From contig CAXXDN010000002.1 in the NCBI GenBank assembly GCA_963667465.2, forward strand, positions 1,600,001 through 1,664,000: 64,000 nt of DNA, given 5' to 3'. A model generated the notes under the pieces. The model ran no database searches. It had not been told where the DNA came from and saw only the letters and a program-made list of their open reading frames with translations. Position 1 is the stretch's first letter; each line of letters starts with the position of its first letter. The stretch comes from Dehalococcoidia bacterium. Lineage in GTDB: Bacteria > Chloroflexota > Dehalococcoidia > UBA2979. Shown here piece after piece: positions 47,239-57,294 of the stretch. The position numbers and the translations under genes were made by a program.

Positions 47239-47484
47239 GCCCTCCCCCTCGTCGAGCAGTTCCCCTCGGAGCCGAGGTGCGCGCCCGTCCTGCGCATCGT
47301 GCGGCGCGCGCAGCCTACGGTACCGCGTTGGCGCCTTCCTCCGCGCGCTCGGCGCTGCGATCAGGCCATGGCGGGCGCGGGCGCGGTACAGTCCCGAGGC
47401 AGAGCCGGGCGCAGCGCGGGATCGTGCTGCCGCGCCGACCTAGCATGTGCGCGAGATGCCGCGGGCCGGCAGCGAGGCTGGTAG

Positions 47485-48381
47485 ATGGACATCTTCGGCG
47501 TTGACCAGAGGATCGTGCTCACGGCGTTCTACTCTGGCCTCGGGGTCGGGAGCGTCTACGTCCTGGTCGCGCTCGGGTACAACCTCGTCTATCGCGCGAC
47601 GCGCGTCTTCAATCTCGCCCAGGGCGACATCGTCAGCTGGGGCGGGCTGATCGCGTTCAGCCTGCTCGTGACGCACGGGTTCTCCCCGCTTGCGGCGCTG
47701 CCCGTGATCATCGGTGCGACGGCCGTCCTCGGATTCGGCGTGGAGCGCATCGCGATCGCGCCGCTCACGAAGGCGTTGAGCTTCGGCTGGGTGCTCACCA
47801 CGCTCGGCATGTCGGTGGTCCTGCGCAACGTCGCCGAGCTGCAGTGGGGCCCGGACCCGCTGCGCGTCCCGGCGTTCGTCGACAGGGCGCCCATCAGCCT
47901 CCTGGGCTCGCCGTTCCGCGTCGACTTCATGGTGACGATCATCGGCGCGGCGGCGCTGGTCGCGCTACTCGAGCTTGCCGATCGCAAGACGATCATTGGC
48001 AAGGCCATGGTGGCGACCGCGCTCAACCGCGAGCTGGCGCAGCTCCGGGGAATCAACGTCGGGCTGCTCGGTATCGGCTCCTTCGTCGTCGCTGGGGCGC
48101 TCGGGGGCATCGCCGGCTGGCTGATCGCGCCGATCACGTTCGCCTCGTTCAACTCCGGAGTGCTGATCGCGCTCAAGGGGTTCCTGGCGATCGCCATCGG
48201 CGGTTGGGGCCGGCACGTCGGCGCCCTGGCCGGCGGCCTGCTGATCGGCGTGGCCGAGGCGCTGGCGATCCTCTGGATCGATGTCGACTTCCGCAATCTC
48301 GTCCCGCTGCCGCTGCTGGCGGCGATCCTGCTGATCCGCCCGCAGGGGCTGTTCGGGCGACAGGTCGAGCGCCATGTCTAG
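47485..48381 (+). CDS. livH: Branched-chain amino acid-type ABC permease
   Basis: Y.LVALG..LVY....NLAQG, multiple TM helices, RPQGLFG. Confidence 0.88.
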   Translation: MDIFGVDQRIVLTAFYSGLGVGSVYVLVALGYNLVYRATRVFNLAQGDIVSWGGLIAFSLLVTHGFSPLAALPVIIGATAVLGFGVERIAIAPLTKALSFGWVLTTLGMSVVLRNVAELQWGPDPLRVPAFVDRAPISLLGSPFRVDFMVTIIGAAALVALLELADRKTIIGKAMVATALNRELAQLRGINVGLLGIGSFVVAGALGGIAGWLIAPITFASFNSGVLIALKGFLAIAIGGWGRHVGALAGGLLIGVAEALAILWIDVDFRNLVPLPLLAAILLIRPQGLFGRQVERHV

Positions 48382-50311
48382 CGCGAGCATGAAGAGGAGC
48401 GATGCGGGCGCCCTGCGCACCCTCGCCAGGCGGGTCGCGTACTCGCCGGGCACGGGCACAGTGCTGCTGCTCGCGGTCCTCGCGGTCTTTGCGCTGTGGC
48501 CGCTCGTTGTCGATGACCAGCTACTGCTACGGCGTCTCTATGTGATCGGGCTGTTCGCGCTGATCGCGATGGGCCTGAACGTCTCGCTGGGGCGTGCGGG
48601 CGAGCTCTTCCTCGGCGTCGCGGGCCTGTTTGCGGCGGCGGCCTACATCTCCGGCGCCCTCACCACGCACGAGGACTTCGGGTTGTCGCCGCTCCAGGCG
48701 GCGCCGATCACGATCGTCGCCACCGTGGTGCTCGGCGTGGCAATGGGCCTCGTGGGCTTGCGGGTCAGCGCCTGGTACTTCGCCATCGTCACGTTCTACT
48801 TCGCGGTCGTGATCCCGGACATCGCGACGAGCCTGGACGTGCTCGAGGAGTACACGGGCGGCGGCCTCGGCCTCTTCGGCGTGCCGCGGATCGAGGCGCT
48901 CGGGCAAGTATTCGGCCGGCGCGAGACCTACTGGCTGATCGTTGCGAGCATCGCCGGCGTCTACCTGCTCACGCGGAACCTCTTCTCGTCGCCCTGGGGG
49001 CTCGCCCTCGCGACGATGCGCCACAGCGACGTGGCCGTGCAGGCGCTTGGCGCCTCAACGGTCCGGGCGAAGATGCTGGCCTACGTGTTCTCCTCCGTGC
49101 CGGCGGCGCTGGCGGGGATCATCTGGGTGCACACGGAGACGGGCATCGCGCAGGGGAATTTCCCCGCGGACCTCTCGTTCCTCATTGCCGCCAGCATCAT
49201 GTTCGGCGGGATGGGGACGCTCGCGGGTCCAATCGTCGGCACAGGCATCCTGCAGTATGTCCCGCAGTTCTTCGACGCCTTCGAGCGCTACGAGCTGATC
49301 ATCTACGGCAGCTTCCTGATCGTGGGGATGGTGCTGATCCCGCGCGGGGTCGTGCATGAGACGATGAAGTGGGTCGGCCTGCTGCGCCTCCGCCTCGTCC
49401 CGCTCGCACCCGGCGCTCCAGCGCCCGCGTCCGCGCAGGCAAAGCCCGGCGCCGCGAGCGGCGAGGCCAGCGGTGCGCTGCTGACGGAGGACGTCGCCGC
49501 GCGGCTCCGCGTCTCGCCGGATCGCGCCGGGCTGTCCGCGACCGGGGTCTCCAAGTCGTTCGGTGGTGTCGCCGCCCTGCGCGATCTCGACTTCGAAGCT
49601 GCGCCCGCCCGGATCTCGGCGCTGATCGGGCCGAACGGATCCGGCAAGACCACCTTCCTCAACCTCGTGCTCGGGTACTACACCATCGATGGCGGCGCGA
49701 TCCGGGTCGACAAGGGCGACATCGGCGGCCTCGCGCCTCACGGTCGCGTACGGGCTGGCATCGCCCGGACGTTCCAGGCGCCGAACGTCGTGCCGGAGCT
49801 CACGGCGCTTGAGAACGTGCTCGCGGGGATGTTCATGGACCGGCGCGCCACGCTCGTGGAGTACCTGCTCCAGCTGCCGCGCGCGCGTGCGGCGGGGCGG
49901 GCGTCGCGAGCACAGGCGCGCGCGCTCCTCGCGGCGGTCGGCCTCGAGGGCGTCGCCGACATTCCTGCCGCGGCGCTCCCGTCCGGCCAGCAGCGACTGC
50001 TCGACGTTGCCCGGGCGCTCGCAACCGGCCCGCGCGTGCTCCTGCTGGACGAGCCGGCGTCCGGCCTCTCCGGCGCCGAGACGGAGGCGCTCGGCCGGCT
50101 GTTGCTGCAGCTCCGGGAGCTGGGGCTGGCGATCGTGCTCGTTGAGCACAACGTGCCGTTTGTCATGTCCGTAGCGGACAGCGTGACCGTTCTCGATCGC
50201 GGCGAGCGGATCGCGCTGGGCCCGCCGGCCGAGGTGCAGCGCGACCCGGCCGTGATCGCCTCCTACCTGGGCGAGCAGTTCGAGGTGGACACGGGAGAGC
50301 CCGATGCTTGA
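48374..50311 (+). CDS. Fused ABC permease/ATPase (LivM-LivG type)
   Basis: TM domain (GGMGTLAGP) followed by GPNGSGKT, RTFQ, LLDEPASG, VEH. Confidence 0.9.
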   Translation: MSSASMKRSDAGALRTLARRVAYSPGTGTVLLLAVLAVFALWPLVVDDQLLLRRLYVIGLFALIAMGLNVSLGRAGELFLGVAGLFAAAAYISGALTTHEDFGLSPLQAAPITIVATVVLGVAMGLVGLRVSAWYFAIVTFYFAVVIPDIATSLDVLEEYTGGGLGLFGVPRIEALGQVFGRRETYWLIVASIAGVYLLTRNLFSSPWGLALATMRHSDVAVQALGASTVRAKMLAYVFSSVPAALAGIIWVHTETGIAQGNFPADLSFLIAASIMFGGMGTLAGPIVGTGILQYVPQFFDAFERYELIIYGSFLIVGMVLIPRGVVHETMKWVGLLRLRLVPLAPGAPAPASAQAKPGAASGEASGALLTEDVAARLRVSPDRAGLSATGVSKSFGGVAALRDLDFEAAPARISALIGPNGSGKTTFLNLVLGYYTIDGGAIRVDKGDIGGLAPHGRVRAGIARTFQAPNVVPELTALENVLAGMFMDRRATLVEYLLQLPRARAAGRASRAQARALLAAVGLEGVADIPAAALPSGQQRLLDVARALATGPRVLLLDEPASGLSGAETEALGRLLLQLRELGLAIVLVEHNVPFVMSVADSVTVLDRGERIALGPPAEVQRDPAVIASYLGEQFEVDTGEPDA

Positions 50312-51014
50312 GATCCGCGACTTGCGAGTCGCCTACGGCGGCCTCCCGGTGCTGCACGATCTGTCGCTCGAGGTCGGCGCGGGCGAGTTCGTCGCGCTGC
50401 TCGGACGCAACGGCGCCGGGAAGACGACGACGATGCGTGCGATCGCCGGGCTGGTCCCCTTCCGCGGCTCGATCACGTTCGAGGGCCAGGGGCTCGGCGG
50501 GGTGCCCGCTCACAAGATCGTCCGCCTCGGCGTCGCGTTCGCGCAGGAGGGCAAGCAGCTCTTCACGGAGCTGTCCGTGCAGGACAACCTCACGCTCGGC
50601 GCGTTCGCGCAGCGCGGGAAGCGGCAGCAGGTGCGCGCCGACCTCGAGCGCGTCTTCGGCCTCTTCCCGGTGCTGGAGCGGAAGCTTCGTGATCCTGCGG
50701 AGACCCTCTCGGGCGGAGAGCAGCAGATGCTGGTGCTGGCGCAGGCGATGATGGCGCACCCGCGGCTGCTGATGGTCGACGAGCCCTCGCAAGGCCTCGC
50801 GCCCGCGCTGGTGAACGAGGTCCTGGGCGCGCTCACAGTCCTCCGTGACGAGGGAACGGCGATCCTGCTCGCGGAGCAGGTCGTGGACAAGACGCTGCCG
50901 ATCTGCGACCGGCTCTACGTCCTCGATCTCGGGCGGGTCGTGCTGGAGGGCAGCCCCGCGGAGGTCGCGGAGCACCGCGCCCTGCGCGAGGTCTACATCG
51001 GCCGCGAGGCCTGA
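50304..51014 (+). CDS. livF: ABC ATPase (LivF type)
   Basis: GRNGAGKT, LSGGEQQM, DEPS.GLAP, AEQ. Confidence 0.9.
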   Translation: MLEIRDLRVAYGGLPVLHDLSLEVGAGEFVALLGRNGAGKTTTMRAIAGLVPFRGSITFEGQGLGGVPAHKIVRLGVAFAQEGKQLFTELSVQDNLTLGAFAQRGKRQQVRADLERVFGLFPVLERKLRDPAETLSGGEQQMLVLAQAMMAHPRLLMVDEPSQGLAPALVNEVLGALTVLRDEGTAILLAEQVVDKTLPICDRLYVLDLGRVVLEGSPAEVAEHRALREVYIGREA

Positions 51015-51016
51015 GC

Positions 51017-52087
51017 TCAGGCCGAGGGCTCGACCATCGCGAGGATGCGCGCCGGATTGCGCACGAGGATCGCCTCGATCTCGTCCTCGCTCACGCCCTT
51101 GCGGCGCATCAGCGGCAAGACGTTCTCCAGGATGTGCGCGTAGCCGTCGCCGCCGTAGCGCACGAGGCTGGTCCTGCGGCAGATGTCCTGCGAGACGAGC
51201 AACTGGCCGGTCAACCCCTCGGCGATCAGGCGCTGAAGGTGGTTGATGCGCATGACGTCGTTGGGCAGCTCGAGCGGCGCCAGGTCGTACACCTCCAGCC
51301 CGAACAGGTCGAACTCGAGGTAACAGCCGCTCGCCGCGAGGGCGATCGACTGCTCGGGGTCGAAGAAGGTGCGGTCCAGGTGGCAGATGATCGTGCGCTC
51401 CGGGTCGCCTCCGGCCTCGATCACCGTGTCGACGATGTCCTGTGGCGCCCGTGGATCACGGCCCGGATGCACCTGCAACGCGACGCCTGTGCGACGGGAC
51501 GCGTGCGCCGCGGCCCGCAGCGCCTTCCGCTCGTTCGGGTGCATCGGGTAGTCGCAGGCGACCTCGCCGATGATGCCCGCGCGGCTCTCGGTCCCGTCGC
51601 AGCCTTCGGTCACCTCGCGCACGATCTCGTCACTGAGTTGCTCTTCGCTGCGGCTGTCCATGTCGGGCGGGTGGTGGCGCCACCAGTAGTTCCCGGAGCC
51701 CATGACCACGTGCACGCCCGTGGCCTCCGAGATGCGGCGCAGCGCCGAGGCGTCGCGCGTCATGTCGGCGTTCGTCGAGTCGACAATCGTCCCGCCGCCG
51801 GCGGCGGCGTAGCGGGCCGTCTCCTCGATTGCGAGGTCGACGTCGTCGAGGAGGAAGTTGTCGGGGTGACCGCGGCGGCGGACGAAGGCGCTGGTCTCCC
51901 AGCTGATCGGGGCCGTGGCGCGCGGGTCGTCGCGATCCCAGCCGAACGCCTCGAACCAGTCGAACTCCTCGCCCTGCTCGATCAGCCAGCGGCCGAAGGT
52001 GATGAGCAGGTGCTCGTGCATCATCGTCGGGCCGAGCGCGCCCGGCTCGACATCGCCGAGGACCGTGCGCACCTTGCCGACGCTCAC
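51017..52087 (-). CDS. Phosphotriesterase-related protein (PHP type)
   Basis: MHEH, GIIGE (bridging Glu), VHP, CHLDR, SQD. Confidence 0.88.
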   Translation of the reverse strand: MSVGKVRTVLGDVEPGALGPTMMHEHLLITFGRWLIEQGEEFDWFEAFGWDRDDPRATAPISWETSAFVRRRGHPDNFLLDDVDLAIEETARYAAAGGGTIVDSTNADMTRDASALRRISEATGVHVVMGSGNYWWRHHPPDMDSRSEEQLSDEIVREVTEGCDGTESRAGIIGEVACDYPMHPNERKALRAAAHASRRTGVALQVHPGRDPRAPQDIVDTVIEAGGDPERTIICHLDRTFFDPEQSIALAASGCYLEFDLFGLEVYDLAPLELPNDVMRINHLQRLIAEGLTGQLLVSQDICRRTSLVRYGGDGYAHILENVLPLMRRKGVSEDEIEAILVRNPARILAMVEPSA

Positions 52088-52154
52088 ATCGAGGCTCCCG
52101 CTGCCGGGGGCCACCGCGGGTGTTCGCCCGCGACGGCCCGCTCGTCGTGCCCGA

Positions 52155-53492
52155 CTAGTTCGTGCAGGGGGCCTCCCAGTCGATGCCACCCCAGTCGAGG
52201 AAGCCGTCCACCGCGATGCCCGGGTTCACTGTGCTCAGCGGCACCGAGGCGAGCCCGTGGAAGGTAGGGCTGAAGTCGTAGCGCGGCGCCAGGGTGAAGC
52301 CGAGGGCGGACTGGTCCTCGACCGCGCCGAGGCCCTCGAGCGCCGCCAGCATCGCTGCCTGGTCGTCCGAGCCGGCGGTGTCGGCCGCGTAGCGGATCAG
52401 CATCGCGGTGTCGAAGCCGAAGGCGTACTGGTAGAGCACGCCGTTGATCTGGTCGGTCCTGGCGCTGACCGCGTCCAGCAGCTGCTGCTGGCTGGGCGAC
52501 AGACCGTCGGGCCGTCGCACGTTGATGTCCCAGGCGGTGAGGATCGTGCCGGCCGGCGTCTCCGCCTCGATGTCTGTGAAGACGAAACCCCAGTCCGTTG
52601 TGGAGGCGCTGTTCCCGCCGACCACGGGGACGTCGAAGCCGATGTTCTCCATCGCCTGGAACGCGAACAGGATGTCGGGGCCGAAGAGATCGAAGAGCAG
52701 CGCGTCGGGCCCGGAGGCCTGCAGCTTCTGCATCTGCGCGGTCATGTCCGGGGTGCCGAACGGCACGACCTCGACCGCCGTGATCTCAAGGCCGAGCTGC
52801 GGGAACGCCTCCTCCCAGGCCGCGCGATTGTCGTCCCAGTAGGGGCCCGGGCCGGTCAGCACCGCGTACTTCGTGTGCCCCAGCTGCGGCAGCAGGCAGG
52901 CGATGCTCTCGCCCTGCACGCGGGCGAGCGCCGGGAGCTCGAAGGTCCACGGGCTCACTGACGGGTCGGTGAGCGCGGCGTCACCCGAGTTGGAGAAGGA
53001 GATGATCCCCGCCTCGTTGATGAACGGAGCGACCGCCTGCATACCGATCGACTGCGGGTAGACCGCGTGGAACTGCGTGTCGCCGAGCAGCACCTCGTTG
53101 ATGATCTCCACGCCCTTCGGGATGTCCGATTGGGCGTCGAAGAGCTCGTACTCGACCTTGCGGCCGAGGATGCCGCCACTCTCGTTGATCAGGTCGACCG
53201 CGGCCTCGAAGCCGACGAGGTTCGAGGTCGCGAAGGTGCCGAAGATTCCCGTGATGTTCTTGATCACGGCAATCCGGAACGGGTTGTCCTCATCGAGGGC
53301 AGCCGGCGCCTCTGTTGCTGCCGCTGTCGGCGTGGGGGTCGCCGTCGCCGGGACAGCCGTTGGTGCGGTCGTGGGCGCCGCCGTTGCTGCCGGTGTCGCC
53401 TCGCCATCGTCGTCATCGCCGTCATCGCAGGCGACCAGCGCCATTGCGAGCAACGCGAACAGCAGCATCGCGAGCCCGAAGAACTTCTTCAC
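52155..53492 (-). CDS. ABC substrate-binding lipoprotein (LivK/periplasmic binding protein type 1)
   Basis: Lipobox LVAC, acidic and Thr/Ala/Pro linker, INESGGILGRKV...D. Confidence 0.88.
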   Translation of the reverse strand: MKKFFGLAMLLFALLAMALVACDDGDDDDGEATPAATAAPTTAPTAVPATATPTPTAAATEAPAALDEDNPFRIAVIKNITGIFGTFATSNLVGFEAAVDLINESGGILGRKVEYELFDAQSDIPKGVEIINEVLLGDTQFHAVYPQSIGMQAVAPFINEAGIISFSNSGDAALTDPSVSPWTFELPALARVQGESIACLLPQLGHTKYAVLTGPGPYWDDNRAAWEEAFPQLGLEITAVEVVPFGTPDMTAQMQKLQASGPDALLFDLFGPDILFAFQAMENIGFDVPVVGGNSASTTDWGFVFTDIEAETPAGTILTAWDINVRRPDGLSPSQQQLLDAVSARTDQINGVLYQYAFGFDTAMLIRYAADTAGSDDQAAMLAALEGLGAVEDQSALGFTLAPRYDFSPTFHGLASVPLSTVNPGIAVDGFLDWGGIDWEAPCTN

Positions 53493-53592
53493 CGCACGCT
53501 CCCTCCAGATGTACGTCGTCCTGATGTCATAGGAGCCGCACGCCGAACGTGTCAATCGTTCGGCGTACCTGCCGGCGGGAACGCAACCGTTG

Positions 53593-54903
53593 CTACGTCG
53601 CGCTCTCGAGGTACGCGTCGCCGATGACCTGGCGTTCGCGCAACCCCTCGTAGCGGGCGTCGCTCACCCCGAGCAGCCCCTTCAGCACTGCCTCGTTGTG
53701 CTGGCCGAGCAGCGGGGCGGGACCGCGGATGCGAAGCGGGTGGCGCTCCAGTCTCCCGACCGGCGCGGGGTAGTGGTGCCTGCCCGCGGCGGGATGCTCC
53801 ACCTCCACCCAGAAGCCGCGCGCGAGGAGCTGTGGATCGTCGCGGAGCGCCTCGGGAGGCAGCACCTCGGCGGCCGGTATGCCCGCCGCCTGCAGCTGTT
53901 CCCGCAGCCCGCGGGCGGGGTGGCGGCGCGTCCACTCCGCGACCAGCGGCTCGAGGTCGTCCTGGTGGCGATGCCGCAAGACGGCCTCCCCGAACCGCGG
54001 GTCGGCGGCCAGCTCCGGCTGGCCCATCGCCTCGGCGAGCGCGGCGAACGCCTCGTCCGAGGGCACCGCGATGCCGATCCACTCGTCGTCGCCAGCGCAC
54101 GGGAAGAACCCGTTGGGCGCGTTGGAAGGGTGGCGGTTGCCCCATGTTCCCTGCACCCGGCGGTTCATCGAGTAGTCCATGAAGGCATAGGCGAGGTGGT
54201 GCAGCACGGCCTCGACGTGCGAGAGGTCGATCAGCTGCCCCCTGCCCGTGCGCTCCCGGGCGAACAGCGCGGCCTGGATCGCGAAGGCCAGGTGGACGCC
54301 GGCGTTCGGGTCTCCGTGTCCGCTGCCCGGCGTCCAGGAGGGGTCGCTGTCGCGGTAGCCCCGCAGGTAGGTGTGGCCGGCCGCGGCCTCCATCGTCGGC
54401 GCGTAGCCCTTGAAGTTGCGGTACGGGCCGCTGATCCCGAAGCCGGGGAACCGCCCCATCACCAGGCGCGGGTTCAGCTCGGACAGCGTCTCGAAGCCGA
54501 TCCCCAGTCGCTCCACCACATCCGCGGCGTTGTTCTCCAGGAAGACGTCCGAGATGCGCACAAGGTCATGGAACAGCTCAAGGCCCTCCGGGTCCGTCAG
54601 GTTGAGCGTGACGCTCCTGTGGCCGCGCTTGCCGTAGTTGAAGTTGGCGTTGCGGTTCCAGAAGCCCTCGCTCGCATCGCGATCGACGAACAGCGCCCCG
54701 GTCGGCCCCTCCATCAGCTCGGGCGCGATGTGGCGGGCGGGCATGCGGGTGCGGTTCATGTGCTGGATCGACTCGATCTCGATCACGTCCGCCCCGAGGT
54801 CGGCGAGGTGCAGCGTCGCCGAGGGGCCCGCCCAGACCGTCGCGTTCGAGAGCACGCGGACGCCCTCGAGCGGCAGGCCGGCGGCGGGGGTGGGGTCGGT
54901 CAC
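53593..54903 (-). CDS. Class III CoA-transferase
   Basis: WAGP, LADLGADVI.IE, N.GKR, GFG..GPY, HGDP catalytic Asp. Confidence 0.9.
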   Translation of the reverse strand: MTDPTPAAGLPLEGVRVLSNATVWAGPSATLHLADLGADVIEIESIQHMNRTRMPARHIAPELMEGPTGALFVDRDASEGFWNRNANFNYGKRGHRSVTLNLTDPEGLELFHDLVRISDVFLENNAADVVERLGIGFETLSELNPRLVMGRFPGFGISGPYRNFKGYAPTMEAAAGHTYLRGYRDSDPSWTPGSGHGDPNAGVHLAFAIQAALFARERTGRGQLIDLSHVEAVLHHLAYAFMDYSMNRRVQGTWGNRHPSNAPNGFFPCAGDDEWIGIAVPSDEAFAALAEAMGQPELAADPRFGEAVLRHRHQDDLEPLVAEWTRRHPARGLREQLQAAGIPAAEVLPPEALRDDPQLLARGFWVEVEHPAAGRHHYPAPVGRLERHPLRIRGPAPLLGQHNEAVLKGLLGVSDARYEGLRERQVIGDAYLESAT

Positions 54904-54905
54904 GG

Positions 54906-56135
54906 CTACACCACCCCTCGCTGCCGCAGAACCACGGCCTCCTGCGGGGAGTAGCCGAGCCTGCCGGTCAGCACCTCGCTGGTGTGTTCGCCGAGCAGCG
55001 GCGCCCGCCGGATGCTCGCGGGTGTCTCCGAGAGCTTGAACGGCGGCCCGGGGTACTCGAGGCGTCCCGCCTCCGGGTGGTCGAGCGGCGTGAAGTACGC
55101 GCGCTCTCGCAGCTGCGGGTCGTCGAAGATGTCCGCCATCGTGTGCAGCGCGGCGACCGGGACGCCGTGCGACTGCGCCTGCTGCATCACCTCCGCCTTC
55201 GTGCGCTCCAGCACCCAGGGGAGGAACAGCGCATCGATCTCCGGACCGAACTCGGGATCCTGGAGGCGCTCGACGTACGAGGCGTCGTCAATGAGGTCGG
55301 GCCGCCCGATCATCCGGCAGAAGCGGTCCCACCAGTGCGGGTAGCACATGATGGTGATGTAGCCGTCCTTGCAGGGCAGCTGCCCACCGTAGACGCCTCC
55401 GGGGAACGCGCTCGCGCGGTGGTGCGCCTCGATCGTACGGTGCGCCGCCCCGCTGTACTCAAGGGACATCAGGTTCTGCGCAGCGCGGTCCATGCTGGTG
55501 GCGAGCACCTCGTGGATCGAGAGGTCCACCCGCTCACCGGCTCCTGAGCGCCGCGCCGCCATGAAGGCCCCGAACGCGATCGTGGCGGCCGTGGCGCCCG
55601 CGTAGAACAGGGGGGCGTAGAGCCCCAGCTTGTTCGGCTCGCGCCCCGGCACGCCGGTCACCGCCTGCCCGCCGCTCAGCGCGTAGACGAGCATGTCGTC
55701 GGCCTCGAGGTCGCGGTAGGGGCCGGACTGCCCGAAGTTGCTGATCGAGACCAGGGTCGCCGCCGGGTTGGCGTCGTCCAGCGCCGCCGAGTCCAGCCCG
55801 AGGCGCGCGAGCGTGCCCGGCCGGAAGCTCTCGACGACGAGATCGGCCTCGCGGGCGAGGTGTCTCAGGATGCGCTGGCCCGTCTCCGCCTTGAGGTTGA
55901 GCGTGAGGCTCCGCTTCCCGGTGTTGAGATCGAGGAAGAGCCCGGATCGCTCCGGGTGCGGCACGTCGTCCGGAAACGGTCCCGCGCGCCGCGAGGGGTC
56001 GCCGCTCCCCGGGCGCTCGACCTTCAGGACGTCGGCCCCGTAGTCGGAGAACAGCTTCGTGCAGTAGGGACCGGCGATCCCCTGCGTCAGATCGAGGATC
56101 GCGATTCCCGCCAGCGCGCCGCCTGGATCCGCCAT
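54906..56135 (-). CDS. Class III CoA-transferase, subunit lacking the catalytic Asp
   Basis: GADVLKVE.P..GD, LNTGKRS, NFGQSGPY. YAPLFYAG occupies the Asp position. Confidence 0.88.
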   Translation of the reverse strand: MADPGGALAGIAILDLTQGIAGPYCTKLFSDYGADVLKVERPGSGDPSRRAGPFPDDVPHPERSGLFLDLNTGKRSLTLNLKAETGQRILRHLAREADLVVESFRPGTLARLGLDSAALDDANPAATLVSISNFGQSGPYRDLEADDMLVYALSGGQAVTGVPGREPNKLGLYAPLFYAGATAATIAFGAFMAARRSGAGERVDLSIHEVLATSMDRAAQNLMSLEYSGAAHRTIEAHHRASAFPGGVYGGQLPCKDGYITIMCYPHWWDRFCRMIGRPDLIDDASYVERLQDPEFGPEIDALFLPWVLERTKAEVMQQAQSHGVPVAALHTMADIFDDPQLRERAYFTPLDHPEAGRLEYPGPPFKLSETPASIRRAPLLGEHTSEVLTGRLGYSPQEAVVLRQRGVV

Positions 56136-56153
56136 CGGTCGTGCAGGCGCCGG

Positions 56154-57251
56154 CTAGGCGGGATAGACGAGGCTGCGCGCGACCTCGCCGCGCTCGAGCG
56201 CTCCGATCGCCTGGTTCACCTCGTCGAGGGCGAACGTGCGCGAGACGAGCTCGTCCAGCTTCAGCTTGCCAGCCATGTAGAGGTTGATGACGCGGGGGAT
56301 GTCGGCCCGTGGCTGCGCGCCCTCGAAGCCGGCCATCTGGAGGTGCTGACGCCGCCCCATGACCTCGTACCAGGGCAGGCGCAGCTCCGTGTCGATCGGC
56401 AGCACGCCGATCACGTAGGTGTGTCCGCCGGGGGCGACGCTGCGCATTGCCTGCAGCACCACCGCGGGCGAGCCGATTACCTCGAAGGCATGGTCGACGC
56501 CGCCCCTCGTGATCTCGCGGATCTGCTCCACCGGATCGCCGTCCGAGGCGTTCACGACGTGCGTGGCCCCGAACTCCTCAGCAAGCCGCAGCTTCGAGTC
56601 GAGGAGGTCGACGGCGACGATCAGCTCGGCGCCCGCGAGCGCCGAGGCCTGGACCACGTTGAGCCCGACGCCGCCGCAGCCGAAGACCGCGACGCGTTCG
56701 CCCGTACGAACCTGCGCGTCATTGGTCACCGCCGCCACGCCGGTGGTCACCCCGCAGCCGACGAGCGCGGCCATGTCGAGCGGCGCGTCCTTGCGGATCG
56801 GGATCGCGCCGCTCGCAGGCGCGACGGCGTACTCGGCGAACGACGAGACGAAGGAGTGGTGGCTGCGCGGCTCGCCCCCCTTCGAGAGCCGCGTCGTGCC
56901 GTCGAGCAGCGTCCCGAGCGGGCGAGCCTGCGCCGAGATCTCGCAGAGGCTGGTCTTGCCGCGAGCACAAACCTCGCAGTGCCCGCAGTACGGCCCGATG
57001 CTGAGGACCACGTGGTCGCCGACCGCCAGTCCCGACACACCCGGCCCGAGGGCCTCGACGACGCCGGCGCCCTCGTGCCCCATCACCATCGGGAGCGGCG
57101 AGGGAAAGTCGCCGTGGATGCGGTGCAGGTCGCTGTGGCAGACGCCGCTGGCGGCGATCTTGACCAGCACCTCGTTCTCACCCGGGTCGGCGACGTCCAC
57201 ATCCTCGATCACGAGTGGCTCTCTGACCTGGTGCAGGACCGCTGCCCTCAT
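56154..57251 (-). CDS. Zn-dependent alcohol dehydrogenase
   Basis: GVCHSD, GHEGAG, C..C..C.......C, GCGGVG. Confidence 0.93.
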   Translation of the reverse strand: MRAAVLHQVREPLVIEDVDVADPGENEVLVKIAASGVCHSDLHRIHGDFPSPLPMVMGHEGAGVVEALGPGVSGLAVGDHVVLSIGPYCGHCEVCARGKTSLCEISAQARPLGTLLDGTTRLSKGGEPRSHHSFVSSFAEYAVAPASGAIPIRKDAPLDMAALVGCGVTTGVAAVTNDAQVRTGERVAVFGCGGVGLNVVQASALAGAELIVAVDLLDSKLRLAEEFGATHVVNASDGDPVEQIREITRGGVDHAFEVIGSPAVVLQAMRSVAPGGHTYVIGVLPIDTELRLPWYEVMGRRQHLQMAGFEGAQPRADIPRVINLYMAGKLKLDELVSRTFALDEVNQAIGALERGEVARSLVYPA

Positions 57252-57294
57252 CGTCGTGCCTCCCTGTCCACCAGGGCGAGTGCGGTGACTCGCG

